Assembly: GCA_964016885.1 (NCBI GenBank) | Contig: OZ024742.1 | Coordinates: forward strand, 319,300,001-319,364,000 | Direction of reading: 5' to 3' | From: Eledone cirrhosa | Lineage: Eukaryota | DNA length: 64,000 nt | Part shown: piece after piece, positions 1 to 12,900 of the stretch | How the letters are laid out: every line of letters begins with the position of its first letter | Position numbering within the stretch: position 1 is the stretch's first letter | Made by a program: the position numbers and the translations under genes | Notes under the pieces: model-generated | Databases searched by the model: none | Seen by the model: the letters and a program-made list of their open reading frames with translations, nothing else | Told to the model about the DNA's origin: nothing

Positions 1-763
1 TTACTTAACATTTACTATTGTTTTTCCATGGTAAAATCTCACATAACACCGAATCTATGAGATTTTGATATTATTTATTTTGAGAACAATACCTTAACGT
101 CGGTATGAGTGGCTGGTTATGGCTGGTTTCAAAGAAAGGAGTGAGAGAATTATGGCCGGTTTAAATGGTAAAGGGTTAAATAAAATCTTAGGATTTCAAT
201 AGAAAGATATTATTAGATGTTAAATATATATGACTTGTGTTGTTAATATAAAAGTTGTTTATATTAACAACTGTTTATCCCAGGTTTGATCCTGCTGCAG
301 AGCATTTTGGGCAAGTGTCTTTGCTATAGCCTCATGTTGACGCAAGCCTTGTGTGTTAAATTAGGTAGACAGAAACTGTATAGAATTCTGTTGGAAGAAT
401 CGTGCCTGTAATTCAAAGGTCACACATTAATTCAAGTTGATTCTGCCTGAAAATTACATTAACGATATACTTGTCTGTGGAATACTCAACTACTTAAATG
501 TTAATCATGTGTTTGACATTCAGCTGAATGCTCATGATCAAAACCGACAGAGAATCCCTCATATTACAGTTTACTTATGGTTGGCACTCATTCCTAAAAA
601 GCTAATTAAAACAGACTGATATGTTGATGGAGGTGTTACAGTTTTCATCCACTTAACTCCAAGACAATTACCACCAGCCCATTGGTCTTATAAATAAAGC
701 CCTGTTTGTGAAATGATTCTGTTACATGTATTTTCATGTTTACTGTATTCTTTTATTCAACAG

Positions 764-912
764 CCAGTTGTCAAGTGACCAGTAGTCAAGGAACTGTCAG
801 TGTTAATCAGCATCCCTCATCTCAACTGCCTCCAATGGGATCACACACTGAGCGACTAACACCCAGTGCAGGAAGTGGAGGAAGATCTCAGCTGATTCCT
901 TTTATGTTTCAG
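764..912 (+). CDS. TPR: TPR coding exon ([10 protein letters not shown]...LIPFMFQ)
   Basis: Acceptor ttttattcaacag, weak donor GTTAAT; phase 0 join to the next exon. Confidence 0.7.
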
Positions 913-3900
913 GTTAATACCCCATCTTCTACTTCTTCAGTTTCTCTTTTTTCATGTTGTATTTTTCATGGCCCGTCTAGTCAAGACAAAGTAATGATTG
1001 AAGAGATTAGTGTGGTTAATGTTAAGTTTGATTTGGAGGCACTCTGTCAGTTACAATGACGAGTGTTCTGAACAACGGAACAGCCTGCTTATGAAATTAA
1101 CGTGAACGTGGCTGAGCATTCCACAGACACATGTACCCTTTACGTAGTTCTCAGGGAGATTCAGTGTGACACAGTGTGTGACAAGGCTGGTCCTTTGAAT
1201 TACAGGTATAACTCATTTTTGCCAGCTGAGAGGACTGGAGCAAAGTGAAATAAAGTGTCTTGCTCAAGGAGACAACGCGCTGCCGGCAATCAAACTCACG
1301 ACCTTACGATTGTGAGCTGAATACCCTAACCACAAAGACACGATCCTTCACTAAGTTTGAATTATTGCAGATTAATTGTTGGAAAAAAACATAGGTGAGA
1401 ATAGAATAAGTTGTTTACAGCAGCTGAGGTACCAAATTATCATCCATTTAAATACTGGCAAAGCTGCACATTGCTTAAATTTGTTTATTGAACCAAAATC
1501 AATGTCCTCAATGTAACATGCTGTACAATATATGTAACATCATACATAAGTATTAATCCACACACATTATTAGCTATTTGAAAAGATGATGGATTTCGCA
1601 ACTGACTGCACCAGGGTTCCTGTTCCTCAGGGAACCACACTATATGGTATACCTGTTGATATAGGTCCAGCCCCTGCTTTCTCGGGTCCTGTTTCTGATC
1701 ATAATGCACCTACAAAGGCATCGAATGATGATGAATCCTCAAATCTCAAGGGACGGGGTTCATCTGATGGAGAAGAAACAGGTCCTAACCAAACAACAAG
1801 CAAATCTCGCCTGGCTAGCTGTAAAAAGCAAATAATAGTTAGCTCCTTGAACACCAGAACCCTCCTTCCAACAGGTAGACTCCAGGAGCTGGCAGAGAAT
1901 GCCAAACTTCAGAACATTGACATCCTTGCAGTCCAAGAACACCGCTTTTTCCACCCAAAGGATGATCTCAAGTATCACACCCTAGGATCCTACCAACTTG
2001 TCACCTCTTCAGCCACCAAGAACCCTGTCAATGCCTCCGTTGGAGGAGTCGGCTGCCTTCTCTCATCTAAAGCCAGCAATAATCTTCTGGGGATTGAAAC
2101 AATCTCTCCCAGAATCTTGGTGCTTACACTAGAGGGCAATCCTAGAACCACTGCGATATGTGTATACAGTCCTCATAACGCCTCTCCTGAGGATGAGGTA
2201 AGAGAATTCTACACAACCCTTCGCACAGTTGTTGAGCAAGTACCCTTACACAACTTTCTTATCATCGCTGGAGACCTCAACGCTCAACTTGGCCCGGATG
2301 AAGTAAAGTTGACATACAATAGGGTTACTAACCGAAACGGGGAATATCTCAAGGACTTCATGGAAGAATTCAGTCTAGTCAGCTCAAACAACAGCTTCAT
2401 GAAGACCAGAGGCCGGCTTTGGACCTTCAAATACCCAAACCAAAAACGAGCTCAGATTGACTATTTGATATTTCGCAAGAAATGGAGAAACTCAATCAAG
2501 GATTCTAGATCTTATTCCTCCTTTAGCTCTGTCGGCTCAGATCATCGAGTCATCTCGGCAACAATCAAACTTAGTCTCAGGATATCCAAGAGGGCTGAAC
2601 CTCATCCCATGAAAAGAATAGACTGGAAAGCCGTTTCTTCCAACAAACAACTATCCAATAGCTTCACGCTTCAAGTCTATAACAGATTTCAATCTCTTTC
2701 AACTTCTGACATCAATGACGATAATATTGAGGATGTGTATGACTGTCTTAAGCAATCAACAGAGGAAGTTGCACTTGCTACCCTACCTAAAAAGAAAAGC
2801 CGAAGGCAAATGAAACCTAGTGCCTCAGAGTGGGTAGTTGAGGCAAGGGCTCATCTTAGGTCAATATCCCAATCTTACCATCAATCACCATCTCAAGGGA
2901 AAAAGATACAGCTTATCATGGCCAAAAAATCACTAGACGACGCTTATCTTAATGCTGAAGCCGACTATATCTCAGGTAGGATTGATCAGCTATCGCAACA
3001 TCACATCAGCAAACACCATCATCTTGCTTGGAAGGTTGTCAAAGATCTTTCAGGCAAAAACTCAAACTCTGCAGTTAGAATCAAAGGAGGCTCTGCCAAA
3101 AAACATCTTGAAAATTGGTCTGCTCATTTTAAAAACCTTCTAGGGAAAAAGGCCAGACTCCCTGATAACTATCAACTGCCATCCGTTCAGGTTTCAGAGC
3201 CTTTAGGAATCAACACCTCTCCTTTCACCATGCCTGAGCTCAAAGAAGCCATCAAACAGCTCAAAGCCTCAAAAGCCTTTGGGCCGGATAATATACCTAC
3301 CCTGATTTGCAAGGATGAGCATTTCCACATCCTTTTGCTCAACCTATGTAACCATACTTTCGAGACCAATAAACCACCTAGCGTCTGGCATGCAGCTCAA
3401 ATTATCCCCATGCCCAAAAAAGGAGATCTTTCTTTAGCCACCAACTATAGAGGAATTTCTCTCATGGCAATTGCTGCAAAAATATACAACAATCTTCTCC
3501 TTAACCGCTTAATTCCATTTCTTGAGCCAATCCTTCGTAACAACCAGAATGGATTTAGGAGAGGTAGATCAACACTTAGCCAGATTCTCTGCCTTCGCCG
3601 ACTTATAGAGGAGTCCCAAAACCGCAATCTAGACCTTGCACTCATCTTTGTTGACTTTTCAAAAGCCTTCGACTCAGTTGACAGGTCGGGGATGTTTGAA
3701 ATTCTACAACTTTATGGGATTCCTGATAAAATCATCGCGGCCATACGTGTAATGTATACAGATACCAAATCAACTGTCCTGACCCCAGATGGGGAAACAC
3801 CACCTTTCTCAATCCTCGCTGGAATTTTACAGGGCGATACCCTTGCTCCGTATCTATTTATCATTGTTGTGGATTATGTTTTGCGCATGTCTGTGGATAG

Positions 3901-6900
3901 GATTCAGGATAGGGGATACCAACTACAGCCTAGGAGAAGCTCACGTTACCCAGCAAAATACTTGACCGACACCGACTTTGCTGACGACATCGCATTGATC
4001 AGTCGGTCACTGGAAAATGCTGAGAGTCTTTTGAAGTCATTAGAGCAAGCGTCCAACTGTGTTGGACTGTACCTCAACGAATCCAAGACTGAGTATGTGA
4101 ACAGATGCGCAAACAGCCCAAAATACCCCATCAGAACCCTTAATGGTACCACCCTTAAGCAGGTGGAAGATTACAAGTATCTTGGCTCATATATCTCCTC
4201 CTCCAGGAAGGGTATGGCATGGTCAACGTACAATGACATGCACGCCATATGGACATCTCAACTTACCAACAAGCTAAAACTGGAAATATTCCAAGCAACC
4301 ATTAAGCCCATATTACTTTATGGATCCGAAACTTGGACACTAACATCACAACTTGAGAGGAGATTGGATGGCACATATACCCGCCTCTTAATGAGTGTGC
4401 AAAACGTATCCTGGAAACGACATCCCACCTTGTCTAAAATCTATGGCAAACTCCCTCGAGCCTCTGCCCTTCTAAAATCCCGGAGAGCTCAATTTGCTGG
4501 CCACTGTCACCGTGCCAGCAATGAAATCATATCCGCTCTCTTGCTCTGGAACCCTGACTCCAGCCTGACTAGGAGTAGGAAGCTGTCATTCCCTGACGTT
4601 ATCTCTAGGGATACGGGAATCAGTAGACGGGACCTGGGGGCAGCGATGGGGGACAGGGAATTCTGGGGCATGAGAGTGAGATCCATCATCTCGACAGTAG
4701 TCAATGAATGATGATGATGATGATGATGATGATGATTAATCCATACAAATAAATTATGGATTTCTCTTCACATGACTGACATAGAATATTTGTTTGTAAT
4801 ATTAAAAATTCATATGCAAAATATGTTTTTGTATCATCTGATTCCAACCAAGTTCACTTTGTCTTGTAACCCTGATAGAATGGTGTCATCAGTGCTATTA
4901 GTATATGTGATGACAAATCAAATAGTTCCTCCAACCTCTTACAAAATAGAGCTTTGTGCTTAAGTGAGGAATCTTATTACTTGATATTCATGTTGTCTAC
5001 TTTACTATGGTTTGAACTTAGAAATGTGTGTGAGGAGATAAAAGAAAAATTTAGGAAACCTGTTTTGTGGCAGTTTGTAATATATAGTATTGATTAGGAT
5101 TAATCATTAACTCACTTTACTTTATTTCTGATGAAATACACTGCTTATGTTTTTCAGTAAATTTTAGAAATAATTAAAAAAAAATTTCATAGGATTTAGT
5201 AATATAACTATTAAGTTGGTGTTTGGAACATGACTTAAGAAAAGCTTCCTACAAAAATTATAATCAAAGTTTTAAATTCAAAGATGAACACTTTAAAATG
5301 CCTGCACTACCACTTTACAAGGTGGACTGGGTGTGTTTTATCGTAGTGCCAACATAGGAAAGGTCGTCCAGACTGAAGAGTCCTTGTAGACACTATATTG
5401 TCTCTGTTCAATCACCAAACACTGTACCCTCTAGTCTCTCACCTCATTCACTTCATTTTTACTGTTGTATTATTATTGAACTCATGTTAGGTCTTTCATG
5501 TGACATCTAATGAAATCTGTTTAATGACTATGAAATAGGGCCCACCTGGACCTTTTGAGGAAGGAGAGGACTGCACTGTTCCAAGCACACCAACACTTTT
5601 TGTTCCTCGTCGTGGTGATGGCTTTGCCGAAGCTGTAAAGTAAGTCACCTATAATACAGTTGTCTAAATGCTGGTGTAACCAGCTAAAGGGTTATGCACA
5701 AAAGACATTGTCTTGTGCTCCAATCAGAACATTGTCATTATCTTTGTTGTCATCATCATCATTTTATGTGTGTTTTCCATGATGGCATGGATTGGGTATT
5801 CACGATTTGTGATTGGACATGTTTGATAGACTGCAAAAATTTTGGAAGTAGGGCAATAGTTGTAGAAAGCTTATGGAGAAGACCTGGCTATCAGCTAGAT
5901 TGCTTTCTGAAATATGTGACAGTGGCTATATCCAATATGTGTGAATAGTACAGACGAACTAGGAAGAGCTGCCACTACGGTCAGCTACTACATTCATCAT
6001 CATCGTTTAACGTCCATCTTCCACGCTAGCATGAGTTTGGACGGGGGTAGTCCCACTTGAGGCAAGATTGGTTGTCTTGCTCGTATAGGACTGTCTAGCG
6101 GGTTTTCTACGGCTGGATGCCCTTCCTAACACCAACCACGTTTACAGTGTGGACTGGGAGGTTTTTACCGTGTTACCTACACAGCCACATTACAGCGTGG
6201 ACTGTGTGTTTTTTTGTCGTGACACCTACACGACCTCATTTATTTAGGACTGGATGTTGTGGTACCAACATAACTTTACATCGGAAGGGGTGGTGTGGAT
6301 GGGGTGGGGGTAATGGGACAGGGGTGTATTTTGTTTAAGAGGTGCCTACTGACTGTAGGTTTCGCTTTGTACTTAGGCAAGGCAGGTCTTCTGTATTTCT
6401 GTGTAGCGCCAAAGATCTTGATCCAGTGACATTGTCTTGGAGAGGTGTGAGGTTGGAATTTATCAAGTCGTCCCAGGTTTTTCTGGGTCTGCCTACTTCG
6501 TGGCCACCGTCTATTTTTATTGCCCTGCACTTTTTTATAGAGCTGTCGTCTTTCATATGCATCACGTGACCATACCAACGTAGCCTTCTCTCTAGTAAAC
6601 AACATCTGATCCCTCTTATTCCTAATTTCTCACTTAGTTCGTTTATGCTTTGCCATTCACGTATATTACTATTACACATCCAGCGGAGCATGCAAGCTTC
6701 ATTCCTCTCCAGTCTGCGTATATCCTCCGCACACAATGCCCATGTCTCACTGCCATGTAACATTGCTGTTCGTATGCAGGCATCATACAGCCTGCCTTTC
6801 ATTTTTAGAGAGAAACCTTTAGCGGCCAATAGTGGTATAAGCTCTCTGAACTTTTTCTATCCCGTTCTGACTCTAGCTACTGTACTTTCAGAGCATCCCT

Positions 6901-9900
6901 CCACCACTGCTGATTTTGTCACCCAGGTAACGGAAGCTGTCCACTATTTCTATAGAACCATCTGTGCAATGGAATGAGCTAGTATTCTGTGGGCACTTGC
7001 TGCTACTTAGTGCACCTGAGCACCAGCCACATATAAAATCTATATTCTTAGTTAGCTTACCTGTGATCCCACTACATCTTTTATGCATCCATACTTTGCA
7101 TTGGGACATAAAATGGAGTTTCTGCCTACTCCTTTTCTACACACTGAGCATGGCCATTTCCCAGATGGGACCAGTGCCCTATTTTCCTTCCTACATACTA
7201 GAACTTTAGTCTTAGACAGGTTAATTTTAAGGCCTTTTGATTCTAGGCCATGCTTCCATGTTTGGAATTTCTTCTCTAGTTCAGCCATTGATTCAGCTAT
7301 GAGCGTTAGAACATCTGCGTATAGGAGTTCCCATGGGCAGCTGGTCTTGAACTCCTCTGTTATAGCCTGAAGGGCAATAATAAATAGGAGGGGGCTAAGG
7401 ACGGAGCCCTGATGAACACCAACTTTTACGCTAAACTCTTCACTATATTCGTTGTTAATTCTAACCTTGCTGACTGTTTCTTTATACATAGCTTGTATAG
7501 CTCTCATAAGCCATTCATCAACACCTAGTTTTCTAAGAGCCCACCAGATAATGGGGCGTGGGACTCTGTCAAAGGCTTTCTCCAAGTCAACAAAAGCTAA
7601 GTATAGGGGTTTACTTTTAGCTAGGTACTTCTCCTGTAGTTGTCGTAGAATGAAAAGAGCATCTGTGGTACTTTTACCTAACACAAACCCGAAGTGCATT
7701 TCATCTAGATCAATTCGCTCTCTGATTAGTTGCGCTATTATTTTTTCTGTGACCTTCATGACCTGGTCAATTAATTTAATGCCTCTATAGTTTCCCCTAT
7801 CTAGGGCATCTCCTTTACCCTTGTAGCAGTTAATGATACTGCTGCTACGCCAGTCCTTTGGTACGATTCCATTCTGTATGACTTGGTTTACTATCCGGGT
7901 GACCATAGTGTGTCCCACCATTCCAGATGCTTTCAGCGTTTCAGCAACTATTTCTGAAGGCCCAGCCGCCTTGCTTGTCTTCATGTCTTTGATTGCCTTA
8001 CTTATTATACTACCTTCAACTTGCACAGCTGGTCCCTCTATTGGATCGATGTGGGGGAGACTGTCTTTCTCCCATTTATTCTCCTCATTTAGTAGCCTTT
8101 CGTAGTGACACTTCCAAGCTACCTTCTTATCAGCGTCAGTGATGGCAAGTACATCATCATCATTAAGGACACACTTCTCCCCGACAATATCACGGTTTTC
8201 CTTGACACATTGCCTAGCAATCCTGAACACCTCACGTTTTTGGTCCTCGCGTTGTAGAACATGCTTGAACTTTCTTTCCTCTGCTTCTCTTTTTGCGAAG
8301 TACACTTGTCTCCTAGCTTCCCTCCTGGCCGCTTGATAGTCTTCTCTACTTCCCCCATCCCGCCATACTTTCCAAGCCTGCTTTTTGGCCTTGATTGACT
8401 CCTCCACCTTACTGTTCCACCACCAAGTTACTCTCCCCCTGACTATAGGGGTGCTCCAGCCACAGATTTCATCTGTCGCCTTCAGCAGGTTAGCTTTCAG
8501 GAATTCTCACTGTTCCTCTATATTGTACGACTCTAATTGCTCTTCCTTACTGTCCAAAGCATCAAGTAATATGCTTTTAAATTTATTACTGGCTGTGGGG
8601 TCCTTTAGCTTCCATATTTTTCTCCTGAGGATAGTCCTCGTCTGTTGTCGAGTATGTCTGGTCCTGACTATGAGTCTATGTTGGGAGGTGCATTCTTCAT
8701 GGGGGAGGGATTTAGTGTTTACAACAGACACTCTGTCACGTCTTCCGGTAAGGATATAATCTATCTGACTGGCGTGTTCCCCTGATCTATAGGTGATCAA
8801 GTGATTGTCACGTTTTTTGAAGTTAGTGTTACAGATAGTTAGGTTATTTGCGTCACAGAATTCCAGGATTCTGGAGCCTTCCTTATTTCTAGTACCAAAC
8901 CCATAGCCTCCATGGATTCCGTCATAGCCGTCACAATGTTGTCCAACGTGACCATTTAGGTCGCCAGCAATAATTATGTCACTGTCGGTTATTTGGAAGG
9001 TAGTGAGCATTAATGACTCATAGAATCTGTCTTTTATAACGCCAGGCAGTCCGGATTGGGGTGCGTACGCAAATATTATTGGCACAGTAGTTCTATTTAG
9101 GACAAGTCTTAATTTAATTATTCTGTCGTTCACTCTATTTACATCTATAATCTTATCTGCCCATTTTTCTGCTAGCATGATTCCTACTCCACCCAGCCCA
9201 TTGTCATTTCCCACCCAGAAATGCTTATAGCATGGTTTTTTTTACCCACAATGAATCTAGCAGACCCACCCCTCCACCTGGTTTCTTGAATACAGCAAAC
9301 ATCAAGCATTTCTACAACCTCGTTAGAGCAACCTTTTAAGGTGCCTACATTCATGGTACCAACTCTGAAGTTTTGGATTGCGTTTGGTGGGTGGGAACGG
9401 TGGGGCGCAGGGAGAGGTGAGGGAGATGGGGTTATGTTAGCCATCCGCTTGCATTCTCGTCCGGCAGCATGAGGTGAATTTGTCTTTATCTTTGGCATTG
9501 TCACTGAGTGTCCAGATTTTTCAGACGCTCCAGAATTCCGTAGTCCATCCATCATATCGAAAGGCAACCAGGTCTAAACTTAAGAAGAGATAGCATAGGT
9601 CGCTGACTTATGATTGGTCCAAGCAATAATGGGGGTGGGTGGGAGGGATATGGGGTAGTTAGCGAGAAAGTTTAAATAAAATCCTCGAATTTGGGCATAA
9701 TTGAACAAGCATATAACAGTAATAAGAGAAGAATTATGGGTTTTTAAAATACAAGAACACTATTCGATAATTCAGACAGAATTATCGAATAGCATTGAAA
9801 AAGCAAAGATTGGATTCTGGACGATATGATACAGATAGATGAATGGACCGGGGAAGATGGAGAGAAGAGAAAAGAAAATAGCATGGAGAGAGAAGAAGGG

Positions 9901-12900
9901 ATTGATAGAGAACCAGCAGGCGCGTATACGATATATGGGGGGGGGGGGGTAAGATGGAGCAGGATGTATGTATAGTACATTGATAAACTAGGAAGAGCTG
10001 ACCATTGTAAAATGTTGGCTTCCATAATAGACATCTGATAATGTAATAAAACAAATGCAAAAAAAGGTAAACAATACAATAATTATTGTTTCTATGACAA
10101 AAGCACTCAGTTCACCCTGTAAGGTCAAGGTGCTGGAGTCACGTTAAAATACCCCACTACAGGCTGTGATGTTGGCATTAGGAAGGGCACCCAGCCAGGG
10201 AAACTGTACAAAAAAAATGTATCATGAGCAAGAGGTAGTAATCTGACTTGTCTAGCCTCAGAACATGACAATATATCGAACACATGCAAGTATGGAAATA
10301 GACGTTAGATGATGATGATTTCTCTCACTCTCTCTCTCTTTCACAGTCTCTACTCTCTCTCTCTCTCACTGTCTCCACACTGTCTCTACTCTTTCTCTCT
10401 CACTGTCTCTACTCTTTCTCTCTCACTGTCTCTACTCTTTCTCTCTCACTGTCTCTACTCTTTCTCTCTCACTGTCTCTACTCTTTCTCTCTCACTGTGT
10501 CTACTCTTTCTCTCTCACTGTGTCTACTCTTTCTCTCTCACTGTGTCTACTCTTTGTCTCGCACTGTCTCTACTCTTTCTCTCTCACTGTCTCTTCTCTT
10601 TCTCTCTCACTGTGTCTACTCTTTCTCTCTCACTGTCTCTACTCTTTCTCTCTCACTGTCTCTACTCTTTCTCTCTCACTGTCTCTACTCTTTCTCTCTC
10701 ACTGTCTCTACTCTTTCTCTCTCACTGTCTCTTCTCTTTCTCTCTCACTGTGTCTACTCTTTCTCTCTCACTGTGTCTACTCTTTGTCTCGCACTGTCTC
10801 TACTCTTTCTCTCTCACTGTCTCTACTCTTTTTCTCTCACTGTCTCTACTCTTTTTCACTGTCTCTACCCTTTCTCTCTCACTGTCGCTACTCCCTCTCT
10901 CGCACTGTCTCTACTCCCTCTCTCTCACTGTCTCTACCCTTTCTCTCTCACTGTCTCTACTCTTTCTCTCTCACTGTCTCTACTCTTTTTCTCTCACTGT
11001 CTCTACTCTTTCTCTCTCACTGTCTCTACTCTTTTTCTCTCACTGTCTCTACTCTTTCACTGTCACTGTCTCTACTCTTTCTCTCTCACTGTCTCTACTC
11101 TTTCTCTCTCACTGTCTCTACTCTTTCTCTCTCACTGTGTCTACTCTTTCTCTCGCACTGTCTCTACTCTTTCTCTCTCACTGTCTCTACTCTTTCTCTC
11201 TCACTGTCTCTACTCTTTCTCTCTCACTGTCTCTACTCTTTCTCTCTCACTGTCTCTACTCTTTCTCTCTCACTGTCTCTACTCTTTCTCTCTCACTGTC
11301 TCTACCCTTTCTCTCTCACTGTCTCTACTCTTTCTCTCTCACTGTCTCTACTCTTTGTCTCTCACTGTCTCTACTCCCTCTCTCTCTCACTGTCTCTACC
11401 CTTTCTCTCTCACTGTCTCTACTCCCTCTCTCGCACTGTCTCTTCTCTTTTTCTCTCACTGTCTCTACTCTTTCTCTCTCACTGTCTCTACTCTTTCTCT
11501 CTCACTCTCTCTACTCTTTCTCTCTCACTCTCTCTACTCTTTCTCTCTCACTGTCTCTACTCCCTCTCTCTCACTGTCTCTACTCTTTCTCTCTCACTGT
11601 CTCTACTCTTTCTCTCTCACTGTCTCTACTCTTTTTCTCTCACTGTCTCTACTCTTTCTCTCTCACTGTCTCTACCCTTTCTCTCTCACTGTCTCTACCC
11701 TTTCTCTCTCACTGTCTCTACTCCCTCTCTCTCACTGTCTCTACCCTTTCTCTCTCACTGTCTCTACCCTTTCTCTCTCACTGTCTCTACTCCCTCTCTC
11801 TCACTGTCTCTACCCTTTCTCTCTCACTGTCTCTACCCTTTCTCTCTCACTGTCTCTACTCCCTCTCTCGCACTGTCTCTACCCTTTCTCTCTCACTGTC
11901 TCTACTCTTTCTCTCTCACTGTCTCTACTCTTTCTCTCTCACTGTCTCTACTCTTTCTCTCTCACTGTCTCTACTCTTTCTCTCTCACTGTCTCTACTCT
12001 TTCTCTCTCACTGTCTCTACTCTTTCTCACTGTCTCTACTCTTTCTCTCTCACTGTCTCTACTCTTTCTCTCTCACTGTCTCTACTCTTTCTCTTTCACT
12101 GTCTCTACTCTTTCTCTCTCACTGTCTCTACTCTTTCTCTCTCACTGTCTCTACTCTTTCTCTCTCACTGTCTCTACTCTTTCTCTCTCAGTCTCTACTC
12201 TTTCTCTCTCACTGTCTCTACTCTTTCTCTCTCACTGTCTCTACTCTTTCTCTCTCACTGTCTCTACTCTTTCTCTCTCACTGTCTCTACTCTTTTTCTC
12301 TCACTGTCTCTACTCTTTCTCTCTCACTGTCTCTACTCTTTCTCTCTCACTGTCTCTACTCTTTCTCTCTCACTGTCTCTACTCTTTTTCTCTCACTGTC
12401 TCTACTCTTTCTCTCTCACTGTCTCTACTCTTTCTCTCTCACTGTCTCTACTCTTTCTCTCTCACTGTCTCTTCTCTTTTTCTCTCACTGTCTCTTCTCT
12501 TTTTCTCTCACTGTCTCTACTCTTTTTCTCTCACTGTCTCTACTCTTTCTCTCTCACTGTCTCTACTCTTTCTCACTGTCTCTACTCTTTCTCTCTCACT
12601 CTCTCTACTCTTTCTCTCTCACTGTCTCTACTCTTTCTCTCTCACTGTCTCTACTCTTTCTCTCTCACTGTCTCTACTCTTTCTCACTGTCTCTACTCTT
12701 TCTCTCTCAGTCTCTACTCTTTCTCTCTCACTGTCTCTACTCTTTCTCTCTCACTGTCTCTACTCTTTCTCTCTCACTGTCTCTACTCTTTCTCACTGTC
12801 TCTACTCTTTCTCTCTCACTGTCTCTACTCTTTCTCTCTCACTGTCTCTACTCTTTCTCACTGTCTCTACTCTTTCTCTCTCACTGTCTCTACTCTTTCT

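Noticed and set aside
1240-1351. tRNA gene candidates (also 38635-38725, 44990-45080)
   Set aside because: A/B boxes belong to SINE heads; no complete cloverleaf, and SINE cores follow
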